Made by a program: the position numbers and the translations under genes. From Dicyema japonicum (taxonomy: Eukaryota; Animalia; Dicyemida), in assembly GCA_011109175.1 (NCBI GenBank), contig RDEW01000016.1, positions 806,705-856,322 of the forward strand: a stretch of 49,618 nucleotides of DNA, given 5' to 3'. This document shows, piece after piece, positions 1 through 10,859 of the stretch. The notes under the pieces were generated by a model, which searched no databases, was not told the origin of the DNA, and saw only the letters and a program-made list of their open reading frames with translations. The stretch's first letter is position 1. Every line of letters begins with the position of its first letter.

Positions 1-1020
1 TTTGCTGGAGAAGTACTCTGTTGACAATACATTTATCCTGGATAGTAAATTTTTGATTGACCTACAAAGAGAAAAATTAAAGAAACAAATAAATATGAAA
101 ATACTTAATTCGCAAGTGTACAAAAACCTATCGGAAGATTTCGTAAACAATGAATTTTCATCTCTGTGGCTAGCAAAAGAAAAAACTTTCCAAAATTGGA
201 AGCCTTGTTCTCTTTAGTCCAGGACAGAAATCTCTTCTTTGGAGATCTGAACAATATTTGCACCTTGTGTAAAAAATGGAAGACAACCGTCGATCATTGT
301 GCTACAAGATATGGCAAAATGTTGCACGGAGATTACGTCAGAAAACATAATGAAGTCGTACGGTGCCTTCACTTCAATTTTTGCAAAGAATACGGTTTCA
401 AAAACGAAAAAAGATTAAAAACCCACTTAGTGCAAACAATTTTGATGAATGGTTCGGTAGAGATAAAAGTTGATACTTTCATCAAAATCGATGTAAACAT
501 TGAACACAACAAACCAGATTTGTTTTTTTACGATAAAAAGAGAAATCAAATACTGTTGGTTGAAGTGGGTATAACATCAACACAAAATTTGTAACAAGTA
601 GAATTCGAAAAATTGAAAAAGTATGATCCTTTATCGAAAGAACTGGAATCAATGCCCCATGCGAATGTTAGGATTGTCCCAATAATACTGACCTAGAATG
701 GATTGGTAACCTCACACTCGTGGGAACATTCGAGATTTCTGAACATAAGCGAAGGAACTAATACGTATATTCAATCATTGGTTATGTGTAAAACTTTTGA
801 GTCGATGATTGTTTCATACAGGAATAAGACAGGTTTTGTCGGAAGAACAAAAGAGCTAAAGAAGGAAATAAATAATATCAATACGAGAATAGATAACAAA
901 GACTCTCAGGACGACGGAACAAGTAACCTGGACTGCTCAGAACCGAAATTTGTGGATGATCTAGAGTGTGTTGGAGAACCCCAAACACTAATATGCTCAT
1001 ATAGGCATCTTCGTAATTAA
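1..1020 (+). mobile_element. 3' part of a non-LTR retrotransposon with restriction-like endonuclease (R2/R4/NeSL-type), degenerate
   Basis: ORF 166-594 and its in-frame continuation carry a CCHC-like knuckle (CTLC..TVDHCAT), KHNEVVRCLH and a PD-(D/E)xK core (NKPDLFFYDKK..LVEVGIT..EKLKKYD). In-frame stops at about 592 and 695 and a frameshift near 170-217. Confidence 0.85.
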
Positions 1021-1021
1021 A

Positions 1022-1281
1022 AAGGAAATATTTCAACTAAACTATTTCATAATAAAAGTTAATTTAACTTTGATTTTATTTTTTCACTTGAGGTTATTTT
1101 TTTCTCTTCAGAATTTTGATAATTTATGATTTTTCACAAATGTGAAGTTNTAAAAAGAAAATATTTCTAACTAAACTATTTCATAATAAGGTTAATTCAG
1201 CTTTGATTTTATTTTTTCACTTGAGGTCAATTTTTCTCTTCATATTTATGATAATTTATGATTTTTCACAAATGTGAAGTT
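1022..1281. repeat. Imperfect tandem duplication, two units of about 130 bp
   Basis: 1022-1149 and 1153-1281 share aactaaactatttcataata...gatttttcacaaatgtgaagtt. An N sits at the junction (1150). Confidence 0.9.
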
Positions 1282-1322
1282 TATTAAAATTTAGGCATGG
1301 TTTTTTGACAAGCTTAATAACT

Positions 1323-1725
1323 TCATAATTGATTATCTGATTGAATAGTTGAGTCATTCTTGAAGGTCACTGCATCATTTCTTTTAAGGTTCTTCAACTG
1401 AACGTTTTCTTTCATTTTTTTGGTTCTTGATGACTTCCTTATTTTAAAGGACTTATCTTTTTGGAAGCGACCTTGAACACTTAATTTGCTGTTAGTATAG
1501 TTCTAAGTGTACACGTGGCTAATAAAATAAGTAGTTTTTTTTTAATTTTAATGTGAAATTTCCGATATCGTATTTTCCTTATGAATTCAAAGAATTTGAC
1601 ACTCCTTGAAACACATCAAGGTATGTGACCAAATCTCGGGAAATTATATATAGGAGGTCGACACATTGTGTCAAATTATCAAGAAAATTTCCAATCTCTC
1701 TTGCCGGCGTAATTAGGTCAACCAT
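1323..1725 (-). CDS. Possible unidentified spliced gene, divergent from the GH35 gene
   Basis: An intron-like GT...CTAAC.AG segment of 24-26 nt (1489-1512/1514) precedes an open Lys-rich exon (KLSVQGRFQKDKSFKIRKSSRTKK...). ATG at 1725. A complete model could not be built. Confidence 0.25.
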
Positions 1726-1787
1726 TGAAGTGATTTTAAATATTCATTTGATGTTTATGGATGGCCTCAGCTAAAAACAGTTAATTT

Positions 1788-1924
1788 TTTTTTTTTGGTT
1801 CAATAAAATAATTTTATAAGGAAAAAGGAGAAAGAATAGTTAATTTTAATTCAGCTGTTGGGAGATGCACAAGCTATTCCCACGGACAACAGCCAACGAG
1901 AGCCTCTCCTTGAGCCAACTCGCA
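1788..1924 (-). mobile_element. Extremely 5'-truncated CRE-type retrotransposon insertion (137 bp) with poly(A) and 17-bp TSD
   Basis: Minus strand encodes the CRE C-terminus (SWLKERLSLAVVRGNS), then a 3'UTR and A-run. Flanked by identical ctaaaaacagttaattt at 1771-1787 and 1925-1941. Confidence 0.9.
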
Positions 1925-1982
1925 CTAAAAACAGTTAATTTAATAAAATATTAATTTTCTTAAAAATTAGATTTAAAAATTA

Positions 1983-4093
1983 ATGTTAGTCGTCCTATTA
2001 TCCGTATGCATATTAATAATTTAGTTTTTAACAATTAACTCAGAAATTGAGATTGACTATGAAAGAAATTGTATATCAAAGGATGGCACATGCTTTCAAT
2101 ATGTTTCAGGATCATTTCATTATTTTCGAACACATCATGAACAGTGGGAGGACAGAATAATAAGAATGAAAGCAGGTGGACTCAATGCAGTTCAAACGTT
2201 AATATTATTTTTTATTTCAGATATATTGCTTGGAATTTCCACGAAATGTATGACGGGGTATACAACTTTGAAGGAAATGCAATATTTCCTACTTTTTTGA
2301 ATTGATTAAAAAACATAATATGTACGCCATTGTAAGACCAGGACCATACATTGATGCAGAATGGGAATTTGTAATTTTTTAATTTATTTCGAGGGAGGTT
2401 TCCATATTACCTCCTATCGAGAAGATCAAATATTAATCTTCGATCTTCCAATGATTCATGTAGTTATTCGTAACATTTTTAGTTTATCTTCAGTCTGTTC
2501 ATAAATGGTTTTCTGTTCTACTTCCAATGATACACCCTTACACATTCGAAAATGGGGGACCTATAATAAGCATTCAGGTGTATTTAATTACTTTCTTATA
2601 TATTACAGATTGAAGATGAATTTGGAACACATCATCAATCAGATCAGACATATTTGTCTATGTTGGTGAACCTTACCGTTAAATTTTTGGGTCAAAAACT
2701 CATTCGTTTCATCACCGAAGAAAGTCAAAATCAGGCGATAACTCGGGGATATGTAATAATACATATACTGGAATTGATTTTGGTACTGTTACTATTATTA
2801 TTATTTACGAGTAGGAATGTCTATACTGCATTTCATATACTGAGAAAACATATTCCTAAAGGTCCGCTTTTAAACAATGAATACTTTTCTGTTTGGTTAC
2901 AAACTGGAAAGGAAGAAACCAATTCAAGAAATCAATAAAATAATTTTCCCTTTTAATCAAATGCTTTATATGAAAGCAAACGTAAATTTGTAGGAAACCC
3001 ATAATTTTTTAGCTACATGTACGAAGGAGGCACAAATTGGGGATATTATCAGGTTGATTAAATCAGTATTCAAGGGAGCTTTTGAAACGTAAACTAAATT
3101 TAGTGGTAACTAGTTATGATTATTCTGCTCCTCTCAGTGAAGGAGGGGAATATACTCCACTTTATTATGCTATCAGGAATAGTGTTATCAAGGTAGCTAA
3201 TCTTGTGCGACATTTAGTACTTAAAAATGGACCTTCCTCCAATTCTTCCACCAATAGTTAACAAGAAATATCAGGGAATTGAAATGTCAGGGGTTTTCAT
3301 TTCTTTTAATAAATGTAGCCGTCAAATATATTTAATTATTACAAATACATTCGAAATGGTTCTGTTACAACTAAATATCCTCTCACATTCGAAGACATTG
3401 ATCAGCCTTTTGGATTCGTAATGTACAGACTCAAGGATAAATGGATATTTGCTAACAATTTTACATTAAATTGTTCTGAAATTTCCGACATCGCGAATAT
3501 TTATATTAATGAGGTATCAATACCCTCTTATTACAGATTTACTTTGGATTTATTGATAATGAAAATCCATCGATTGATATCAGTTTTCACAATAATATTC
3601 AGTCATTTGTATTATTAGTTGAAAATTTGGGACGAAGTTGCAATGAGGTAAATCATAATTTAAAGTATAAAAATAAAATATTTTAGGGATTATTATCAAA
3701 TGTGACAATAACAACTAATAATGACTCAAATATACTTACAGACTGGGTGATGACTAGAATACAGTTTGATTCTCTGTCTCTCGCAAATCAGAGTTTCATT
3801 AATTCGACTGGACAGGGATTATATTTTGGTCAATTGAACATCAAAGAAAATATATTAAGCACTTATCTTAACATGTCAAACTGGGGGAGAGTAATGAAGA
3901 ATATAAATTATAGGGTGTTGTATTTGTAAATGGAGTCAATCTTGGAAGGTATTGGAATGTTGGTCCCCAATATTCGTTATATTTACCTTATCCATATTTG
4001 AGACATGGAATTAATTATTTTGTTATTTTGGAATTAAATGCTACGTCATCAAATATGTACTTGGAGTTTTCCGATCATTCTATTTGGGGCTGA
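1983..4093 (+). CDS. GLB1: GH35 beta-galactosidase-like protein (signal peptide, many micro-introns, several 1-nt indels as assembled)
   Basis: Spliced translation gives MLVVLLS|[24 protein letters not shown]|[20 protein letters not shown]|[12 protein letters not shown]|[60 protein letters not shown]. First intron 2004-2024 (21 nt). Stop TGA 4091-4093. Confidence 0.9.
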
Positions 4094-4976
4094 TCATTTC
4101 TGGGCAAACGTTAATCATTTACTTGGGTAAAATTCAATTTTTGGTATTATAATTGTTTCAAAAATTTATTATAAATTTGAAATAGCTTTAGAAATTAAAA
4201 AAAATATTAATAATTTTTAAGCAGTTTTATCTTTTGTAATTTCAAGTTATCTGATTTTTCATGCTTTTTTCATTTAAATTATACAAAATTTTCAATATTG
4301 GCTACGATAATATAAAAATCGCGAGTATAGTAAATATAAGTTGATTTAATTTTTAACATTGACGATTGTCATATTTTGGGCTTGGGGCTCGAAAGTATTA
4401 AAAAGGTATGACAGAATGATTTTTTAACCGATTTGTGTAGAAATATTTAGATTTCTAGGTTATAGCACAATAGAATTCACCCAAGCATCTACTAGCTGAC
4501 AGGAACATGGAAAATTTTACCAAAACGACAAAAATCCTCCCATTAACATTTTGTCATATGATTCCATTGGATCCCATTTTTTAATTACATTTAAAAAATA
4601 ATGGCGTCTGCCCTAAGACATTAACTGATGCAAAGTTTTCCGACCCCAAAAAGTTCGTGTCCATTCATCGTGCTATCACTTTGGTCACCATACGGTTTAC
4701 AAGGTTATATAAACAAATCGGACAATAGGTGTCATCACCGAACCCTGCTACCTTCATTGAGGGTCACAAGATAGGCCACCTCTTCTCTTATCCAGGTCCT
4801 CCTATAATTTCCGCGACACACGTAATACATCTGACTGATTGTGGTTTTGGATTTTTGATGTTGCTTTCTCTTAGCCCTCAGATTCCTTCACTTGAAAGAA
4901 CAAAGGGTAAATAAATAACTATCAGATAAAATGAATAACGAAATTCCATTAATAATTCAACCAGAAATAATAAGTG

Positions 4977-5731
4977 TCAATCACGGCGGCATTTTAGTGA
5001 CTTAAGAACCGTTTGTTTGGGTGATCTACAATAAGCGAATAAGATAAACATAGTAAAGACCAACACTCCTTTTCCAGAGAAGGCATTCTGATCGATCGAA
5101 TTTAGCATGGTTTGGGAAATAGTTTCAAACAGATCCGACTCAGACTTTAATCAAAAAATTACAAAAACCATCTTATGCTTAAAGGTGTATTCAGAGAACC
5201 AAGCAAAGCTTCAGCCGCCGTTCCCGAGGCAGCAAAATCATTAGAAATACACATGGACCCGATTGAGTCAAAATGAGAGACGCAGGGAGTAGGATTTTCC
5301 TGGGAATCAAATTCGATGCCAGCTACAATCGGTTCAACAAACCAAGGTGAGAATCTGAAGGTAATAAGCTTATTCAAACAACCTTTTGTCGTAAAGTTTG
5401 AAAGAAACAATTTTCGAAATTCTCATAGGTCCGAGAGATTTGTGTTCGTTCAATTCAAAATTTTTGACATCTTGCAACAAATCGTGATAGCTTTAAAATA
5501 TATTCACAAATTTACAATGTTAGAACATCGCTTTGAAACCCCGATAAGGCTATGTAAACGTATCTGTTGAGACGGAAAACTTTGCAAAAACTGTCTGAAA
5601 TAACCTGGTAGCGGACCCCAAATTGTGTATCACAAGCAATAGCTACTGAAGTTTCTCCGCACATGGCACAAATACTTCCCCCATTATATGTCAAAATATC
5701 CTATAAAAATTATTGGCTTAAAAAGCACCAT
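4977..5731 (-). CDS. PSMB3: Proteasome subunit beta type-3
   Basis: M|DILTYNGGSICAMCGETSVAIACDTQFG..ALSGFQSDVLT..RFSPWFVEPIVAG..DSIG..DLFETISQTMLNSIDQNAFSGKGV..LKCRRD*. Five introns of 24-28 nt (first 5701-5728). One 1-nt deletion near 5180. Confidence 0.95.
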
Positions 5732-5836
5732 GAAGATGGTCAGTTATTTAATGAGTATTCAAATAAATTCAAAAATTTAACTTTAAATTATTTTATTATT
5801 ATAAATTAGATAAAATTTATCGACTGATGACATCAG

Positions 5837-6007
5837 ATGGGATTGGTTCTATTAGCGCTCGTCATGTGCTTCGCCATTCCTGGTAGCGCCAACTGTGATA
5901 TTACCCACACTGTTAAAGGATCATTGCTCACCCCAATCCAAGAAGATTGTCTTTCTTCGGGGGCTCTCTCTGTATTTTTCATTCTGACCTGTATAGAACG
6001 CTCTTAA
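5837..6007 (+). CDS. Small ORF (about 56 aa) with signal-peptide-like N-terminus and hydrophobic C-terminus
   Basis: MGLVLLALVMCFAIPGSA-NCDITHTVKGSLLTPIQEDCLSSGLSLYFFILTCIERS*. Lies head-to-head with PSMB3 across an AT-rich spacer. No homology recognised. Confidence 0.3.
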   Translation: MGLVLLALVMCFAIPGSANCDITHTVKGSLLTPIQEDCLSSGALSVFFILTCIERS

Positions 6008-6027
6008 TCAGCGAAATCTTTTTCCAT

Positions 6028-7200
6028 CATTCACTCAACATAAATGGATTGAGAGGATAGATAATCGAGCTTAGACTTTCTAAAGAAATACGACGTCGAC
6101 ATATACCTCCTACAGAGACGAAACTGGTACACTCTTCTCCCACTCCAACACTTCCGGGATACACTGTTATCAGAAAGGATCGCCAGTTTGGCCGTGGAGT
6201 TGTTATTACTCTCGTAAAAAGTGAGATTGGACACACAATAACGCCTTCGCATTATGATCCTCCATCTTCCGTGGAATACATGGGATCTCCATTCGAACAA
6301 CATGGGAAATATTACAACTGTGAACATGTACATTCCCATACCAGCTCTTGCCCAAAAACCAACACCAGAAATTATATACCGAATTCGAGTGTTGGATCGT
6401 GAAATAGAGGAATTCTCTAAGAAAATGGAAATGGACGATTGGAGTAAATCACCTCAGTTTTAACAAACAGGGTCTCTGTTAATCATTTGGAAGACTCTCT
6501 TAAAGATCAAAAACCCTGAGAAGAGAAACAGTTCTGATCTCAGCAAAAGGAACTCGATAGAATGAAGTTATACGCTCAGAATAGCTTCTTACCACTGAAA
6601 AAGTACGAAGGTCCTCCCTTGTCATTTATAAAACCAAGATGTAGTCATGATCATATATTGTTTTCACCAGTGGAGGTCGAAAATTCCATTAAATCCAAAA
6701 ACTAACCTACTAATGCGGACCAGATAAAATTCCTATGATTGTTATCAAAAAGCTAGGATCCAAGGAACTCACAGCACTAACACAGATATACAACACATCC
6801 ACCCAGTTCAGAAACCTGGAAAACCATAAGATTCCCCGTAAAGTATTGTCAAAAATTTTTGAGAAAATGGTTTTGGACCGAATCTTTCCATATTTACCTA
6901 AAGAATCCTTCCAGCACGGATTTAAGAAAGACCTATCTACAAGTACGCATCTGCAAACCCTCACAAACTTTATTATAATGGGACTTGAGTCAAAGCCTAG
7001 GCACCTCAAAACTTTATTGTGCTCGGTTGACATCCGCAGGGCTTTTGACTCGGTTCGCAGAAAAATCTAACAAAGAAGATCTACTGCTCAGAAATCCCAG
7101 CATATTCACCAAAAATGGCAACCGCTGGAGAAGAACGGTACTATCGAAAATGTATCTGTTCTTGAGAACAACACCGGGAAAAATGAGAATATATTCTGAG
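6028..7200 (+). mobile_element. Degenerate APE-type LINE (Jockey/I/R1 group): endonuclease and RT fragments
   Basis: LNINGLRG, GYTVIRKDR..GVVITLVK (APE). GPDKIP, QHGFKK..ST, VDIRRAFDSV (RT). Many stops and frameshifts. Same family as 17150-19620. Confidence 0.85.
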
Positions 7201-7229
7201 AGGAGCCGAGATCACCTAATAATAATTGT

Positions 7230-7390
7230 CTAGTGAGGCCTTCGTCGGTGATTAATCGCTACATACCTGGATTGTCTCAGAGACTCACACGCAGACAAAA
7301 AGAAAAAGAATAAAGAACACATTCAATGTATTGGCCTTTGATTAATTAGCATCACTGTTCTTCACTTTTTAAATAAAGTGCGAGTTCTGC
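7230..7390 (+). mobile_element. SINE family A, body and tail fragment
   Basis: gtgaggccttcgtcggtga and actgttcttcactttttaaataaagtgcgagttctgc match the copies at 21003, 26865, 31450 and 47975. Confidence 0.6.
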
Positions 7391-7434
7391 CTAAGCTGAG
7401 ATTAGTAATGGAAGCATAACTAGTCGTCGGCGGA

Positions 7435-7580
7435 AAGGCTGAATTATTATAATTATTGATGAGATCAGATGTTGTGGGTTCAAATCCGAAAAATGGACTT
7501 TTCAGCGAAAATCAGTTTTCGTCAACCAGACTCCACACGTAAGGTGACATGGCTGTTGAAAGGAATCTTTTCCATAACCA
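7435..7580 (+). mobile_element. tRNA-derived SINE family B
   Basis: B-box GGTTCAAATCC followed by gaaaaatggactttttcagcgaaaatca...cagactccac, shared with 29300-29495 (minus). Confidence 0.65.
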
Positions 7581-7989
7581 ACTCACTCGCGAAGATTACC
7601 ATTATGAAAACTACCGCCTAAAAATGAAGTGTAATATATGCCGATGATGTGTTGATATTTGGCACATCTAATTAAGAGATCTCAAAAAAGGACTAAAAGT
7701 TTTATGAAGCAGATTAACTACTAAAGCGGACCAGATAAACCGATGGCGAAAATCGCGTCGACCTTGGCCTTCTAGTTTCTTTTTCAAAAAATAAATGTTT
7801 CTTTTTTCAAAAAAAATTTTTAATTGCTATATTTTAAATTTTAACTGCTATAAAAATTCCCTACCTCACAAGCGGACGACTTTGTCCGTTGATTGGTTCA
7901 ATAATCCAAAAGGTTATCAAGGATCAACACGAGACGGGTTGGTTTCCAAAGCTTATCTCGATAGTAATCATCAGAGGAAAGTGCCTAAC

Positions 7990-8230
7990 CACTCAAGAGC
8001 CTAAATTATAGGCACGATAATTACCGTTCCGCAGACGATGACACTTTCCGTTCGTGTGGGTCTCAGAGTCGTGTCACAATTGCATTCCCGATTCCATTTA
8101 TGACTAATTCTTCCAACCAATAGGTTATGAAGTCGATTGGGACAAAAGGGAAACGATTCCGATATGCTAAGTATTTCTTCAGCTTACTCCGTTCGCTAAA
8201 GTCAGGATTTAAGCAGTCAGAACGAGCAGA
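7990..8230 (-). mobile_element. Highly degenerate CRE 3' end
   Basis: KKYLAYRNRFPFVPI...TRL*DPHE resembles the CRE RLE C-terminus seen elsewhere in the window. Confidence 0.4.
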
Positions 8231-8429
8231 TAGTGCAACGAGAAGGAATCAATGAGTCGTTAAATTGGGCAAACAAGATTGATTAACAAACGGAGAATTT
8301 CTATGGAAATTTTACTAGAAAACAAGCCAATATTAACAGGAATGTGAGGATTACCATCTTACCGCCATCAAACCTTAAATTTGAATTATTTTGGGGATTT
8401 TTATTTATAAACAAAATAGGAATGCAAAA

Positions 8430-8690
8430 TTGAGTTGGAGGCCCGCAGCCTATCTACGTGGCTATTCCCCCTACGAGGAAATCTCTTAGATAACCAGCAT
8501 TGTTCGCGAAGGTTCCCTGAGCGGGTTGAGATTAGATTTCCAGGTTTTCGGAAAAATCGTAGGATGAGGTTCCCAGAGGTTTCCACGGTGAAATGTTACA
8601 TCACCGAGAAAGTCAGCGTACATCCCCCTAAATGTCGGCTTTCCCAACGGCGAACTCAAATTGTCATAAAAAAGTATTTAAATTTGGGCA
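8430..8690 (-). mobile_element. CRE 3' fragment
   Basis: VETSGNL..RFFRKPGNLISTRSGNLREQCWL..RGNSH. Confidence 0.65.
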
Positions 8691-8789
8691 ACTTAGAGTA
8701 ATTTAATACTATCAGCAGATTGTGGACATGTGCAATAAAATCTACCAATCATGTCATGTTAACAACCGGAATAAGTAATTAATACACTT

Positions 8790-9070
8790 TTTCTGCTGCT
8801 GAAAAAGCCTTGATGCCAAGACGGGCAAAGTACGTGGTCCTACCTGAGGATTTTTTGTTTGTTCCGCCCCTGTTGAAACGTCCGGTCCCCTTGCGCCTGC
8901 GACGTTGGAATTCTATAGTCGTCTAGGAATCGGATTCCTGCACGAGCAGAAGATCCCAGTGAGCCCTGCTGGTTGCGAATGTCGCTCCCCATCCTGAAAA
9001 GGAATATCTACCCAGTCGGGGCAAGCACTGATGACCTTTGTTTATTTTATTTTTTTGTAACAATAAAAAT
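8790..9070 (+). mobile_element. CRE 3' fragment
   Basis: Nucleotide match to 37410-37650 (gctgaaaaagcc..cctgcgacgttggaattc..ggaatcggat..). Confidence 0.75.
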
Positions 9071-9314
9071 GACTTGACCTTGAAAAAATAAAAAAAACAC
9101 TTAAATATCAACTTGACCTGTCAAGATGCATTACTCACTAATTTTTCAAATGCAGCTTATTTTGGATGTCCTATCGAATATTTACGTCCTTCTTTATGAA
9201 AACCACAAATTACTAGATTACCCCTGTCATTTTGTGTTTTTTTAAAGTTATTAAGTATAGTCATTAATTTCTAATGAATATTTTAATTCACAACACTCCA
9301 AGCGTGAAATTAAT

Positions 9315-9410
9315 TGCGGCTGAAATGTCTGGTTCTTGCGCCTGGAATTTTTGAGTCATCTATGGAATCGGATTTCTGCACGAACAGGAGATTCCCGTTG
9401 GCGAAGTTTG
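9315..9410 (+). mobile_element. CRE 3' fragment
   Basis: gaaatgtctggttc..tatggaatcggatttctgcacgaacaggaga matches 37495-37580. Confidence 0.7.
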
Positions 9411-9568
9411 GGTGAGATTATCAGTCTTTATTGGTCCTTAAATTTTGTTGGGCCCACTCGATGTTGACGGGGATCAATTTGTGAAAAATTCTCATTAACA
9501 TTTACGCGTCATCTGCGACACGGACAAAGTAATTTTAAGTGAAAACCACGTGTTTATATATTTCTGTC

Positions 9569-10096
9569 ATGGATACCGGCTTGCCTAATTTTTTCCTCGA
9601 AAGTCTAATTCCGAATAACCCAGATTGGAGTTTTGAAGAAGAGATCTTTGATTCACATAACCCTGAAATTCAGCTTCCAGACTTCTGCCCTGAAACGTAC
9701 AATATCTGGGAAAATCTGCTTCATCCTTCGAGGGATCATTTTGTGACTCCAGTCGAGGACCCAGTAAATACTGAGGATAAATTCTGCTTTGATGAGGAGC
9801 GATACTACTTGAATAATTACTACAATAAGAAAACTTACCATAATGTGCGGGAGAGACAGCGAAGGAGAGAAATCGCCAGCTATATGGACACCCTGAAGAA
9901 TTCCATTCCATCGCTTGCTTGTAAAAAGGCCACGAGGATGACTATTTTGAGCAAAGCCACGTCTACTATTTCGTCACTGAAAAAAACCCGTCTCCGCCAG
10001 ATAAAAAAATTGAAGAGGTTGAAGTTGAAGTTCAAGGAGATATCAGAGTCCATTTTGGAGCAAATAGAATCCATCCCACGTGAGGACTTCGAGTAG
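9569..10096 (+). CDS. MYC: Myc-like bHLH-leucine-zipper transcription factor, intronless, 175 aa
   Basis: C-terminal TYHNVRERQRRREI...L..SIP.L..KKA....IL.KAT..ISSL aligns with the Myc bHLH (THNVLERQRRNE...IPEL..KAPKVVILKKAT..I.S), followed by a zipper-like tail. Acidic N-terminus. First ATG at 9569 (the ORF track starts at a GTG). Confidence 0.75.
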   Translation: MDTGLPNFFLESLIPNNPDWSFEEEIFDSHNPEIQLPDFCPETYNIWENLLHPSRDHFVTPVEDPVNTEDKFCFDEERYYLNNYYNKKTYHNVRERQRRREIASYMDTLKNSIPSLACKKATRMTILSKATSTISSLKKTRLRQIKKLKRLKLKFKEISESILEQIESIPREDFE

Positions 10097-10137
10097 TGAA
10101 TTGATTCTAATTAATTTTCTTTTATATTTTAGCTTAG

Positions 10138-10797
10138 ACCATAATGGAATTTTATTAAGGAAAGAAAAGACAGTAAACGGTTATATAGCGGCTGCCCTGA
10201 TTGCGTGGTTATTCCCTCTCAGGATGGCGAGCGAGATTTACTCAAATAATCAGCAGCGCTCACGAGGTTCTCCTGTTCGTGTAGCGATCTGATTCCCTAG
10301 ACGACTAAAGAATTCCAGCGTCGCAGGCGCAAAAGAACCAGATATCTCAACGGCGAGTGGAACAAACAAAAAATCCTTTGTAGGACCGCGTACTTTTCTC
10401 GTTTTATCTTATCGGCTTTCTCAGCGGCAGAACAGGCTCCAGAGGCACTCTGGAATAGGTTTCAAAAGGCAAACGTGTCGTTGCAGGTAAAGTCCTAGAC
10501 AAGAGGTTTCCCGGCTTCAAAAGAGAGATTTCGCTCGCAATTCTGAGAGGGAACAGCCTCGCAGTGAGGGCGGCATCTGACTAACTAATGTTTTGTCAAT
10601 TAATTAATATTAAATAAAAAAAGAGAAGATTGTCATCCTATCTGGTCGTTTTCCGTCCCGCTTACTGGTTCGAGAATGGAGGGGTGCCCGGCGGCATCCA
10701 AAGCTCGCCTAACGACTTCGTTCAAGGCCATATGTCTGGAAAATCTGCCTGCACTCTTCCTGCATGAGAGAGGGTGTAGGCCAAAACAGTCGATCTG
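10138..10797 (-). mobile_element. 5'-truncated CRE copy with 12-bp TSD and a nested insertion
   Basis: Closely similar to 37125-37690. Flanked by attttagcttag at 10126-10137 and 10798-10809. Confidence 0.85.
10527..10618 (+). mobile_element. 92-bp CRE 3' end nested antisense inside the previous CRE
   Basis: Encodes RISLAILRGNSLAVRAASD* and ends in an A-rich tail. aaaagaga is duplicated at 10519-10526 and 10619-10626. Confidence 0.75.
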
Positions 10798-10859
10798 ATT
10801 TTAGCTTAGTATAGTTCATGTATGAACTGAGCAACTGTTATTAATAGATTTTTAGGATT

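Noticed and set aside
2654-2938. Poly-Leu transmembrane segment in ORF 2654-2938
   Set aside because: It comes from reading through a (TAT)n-rich micro-intron and an out-of-frame stretch of the GH35 gene.
9547-9552. E-box CACGTG just upstream of the Myc-like ATG as an autoregulatory site
   Set aside because: About five CACGTG sites occur in the window (1512, 9547, 11824, 33550, 36545), roughly the chance expectation for this composition. No independent support.
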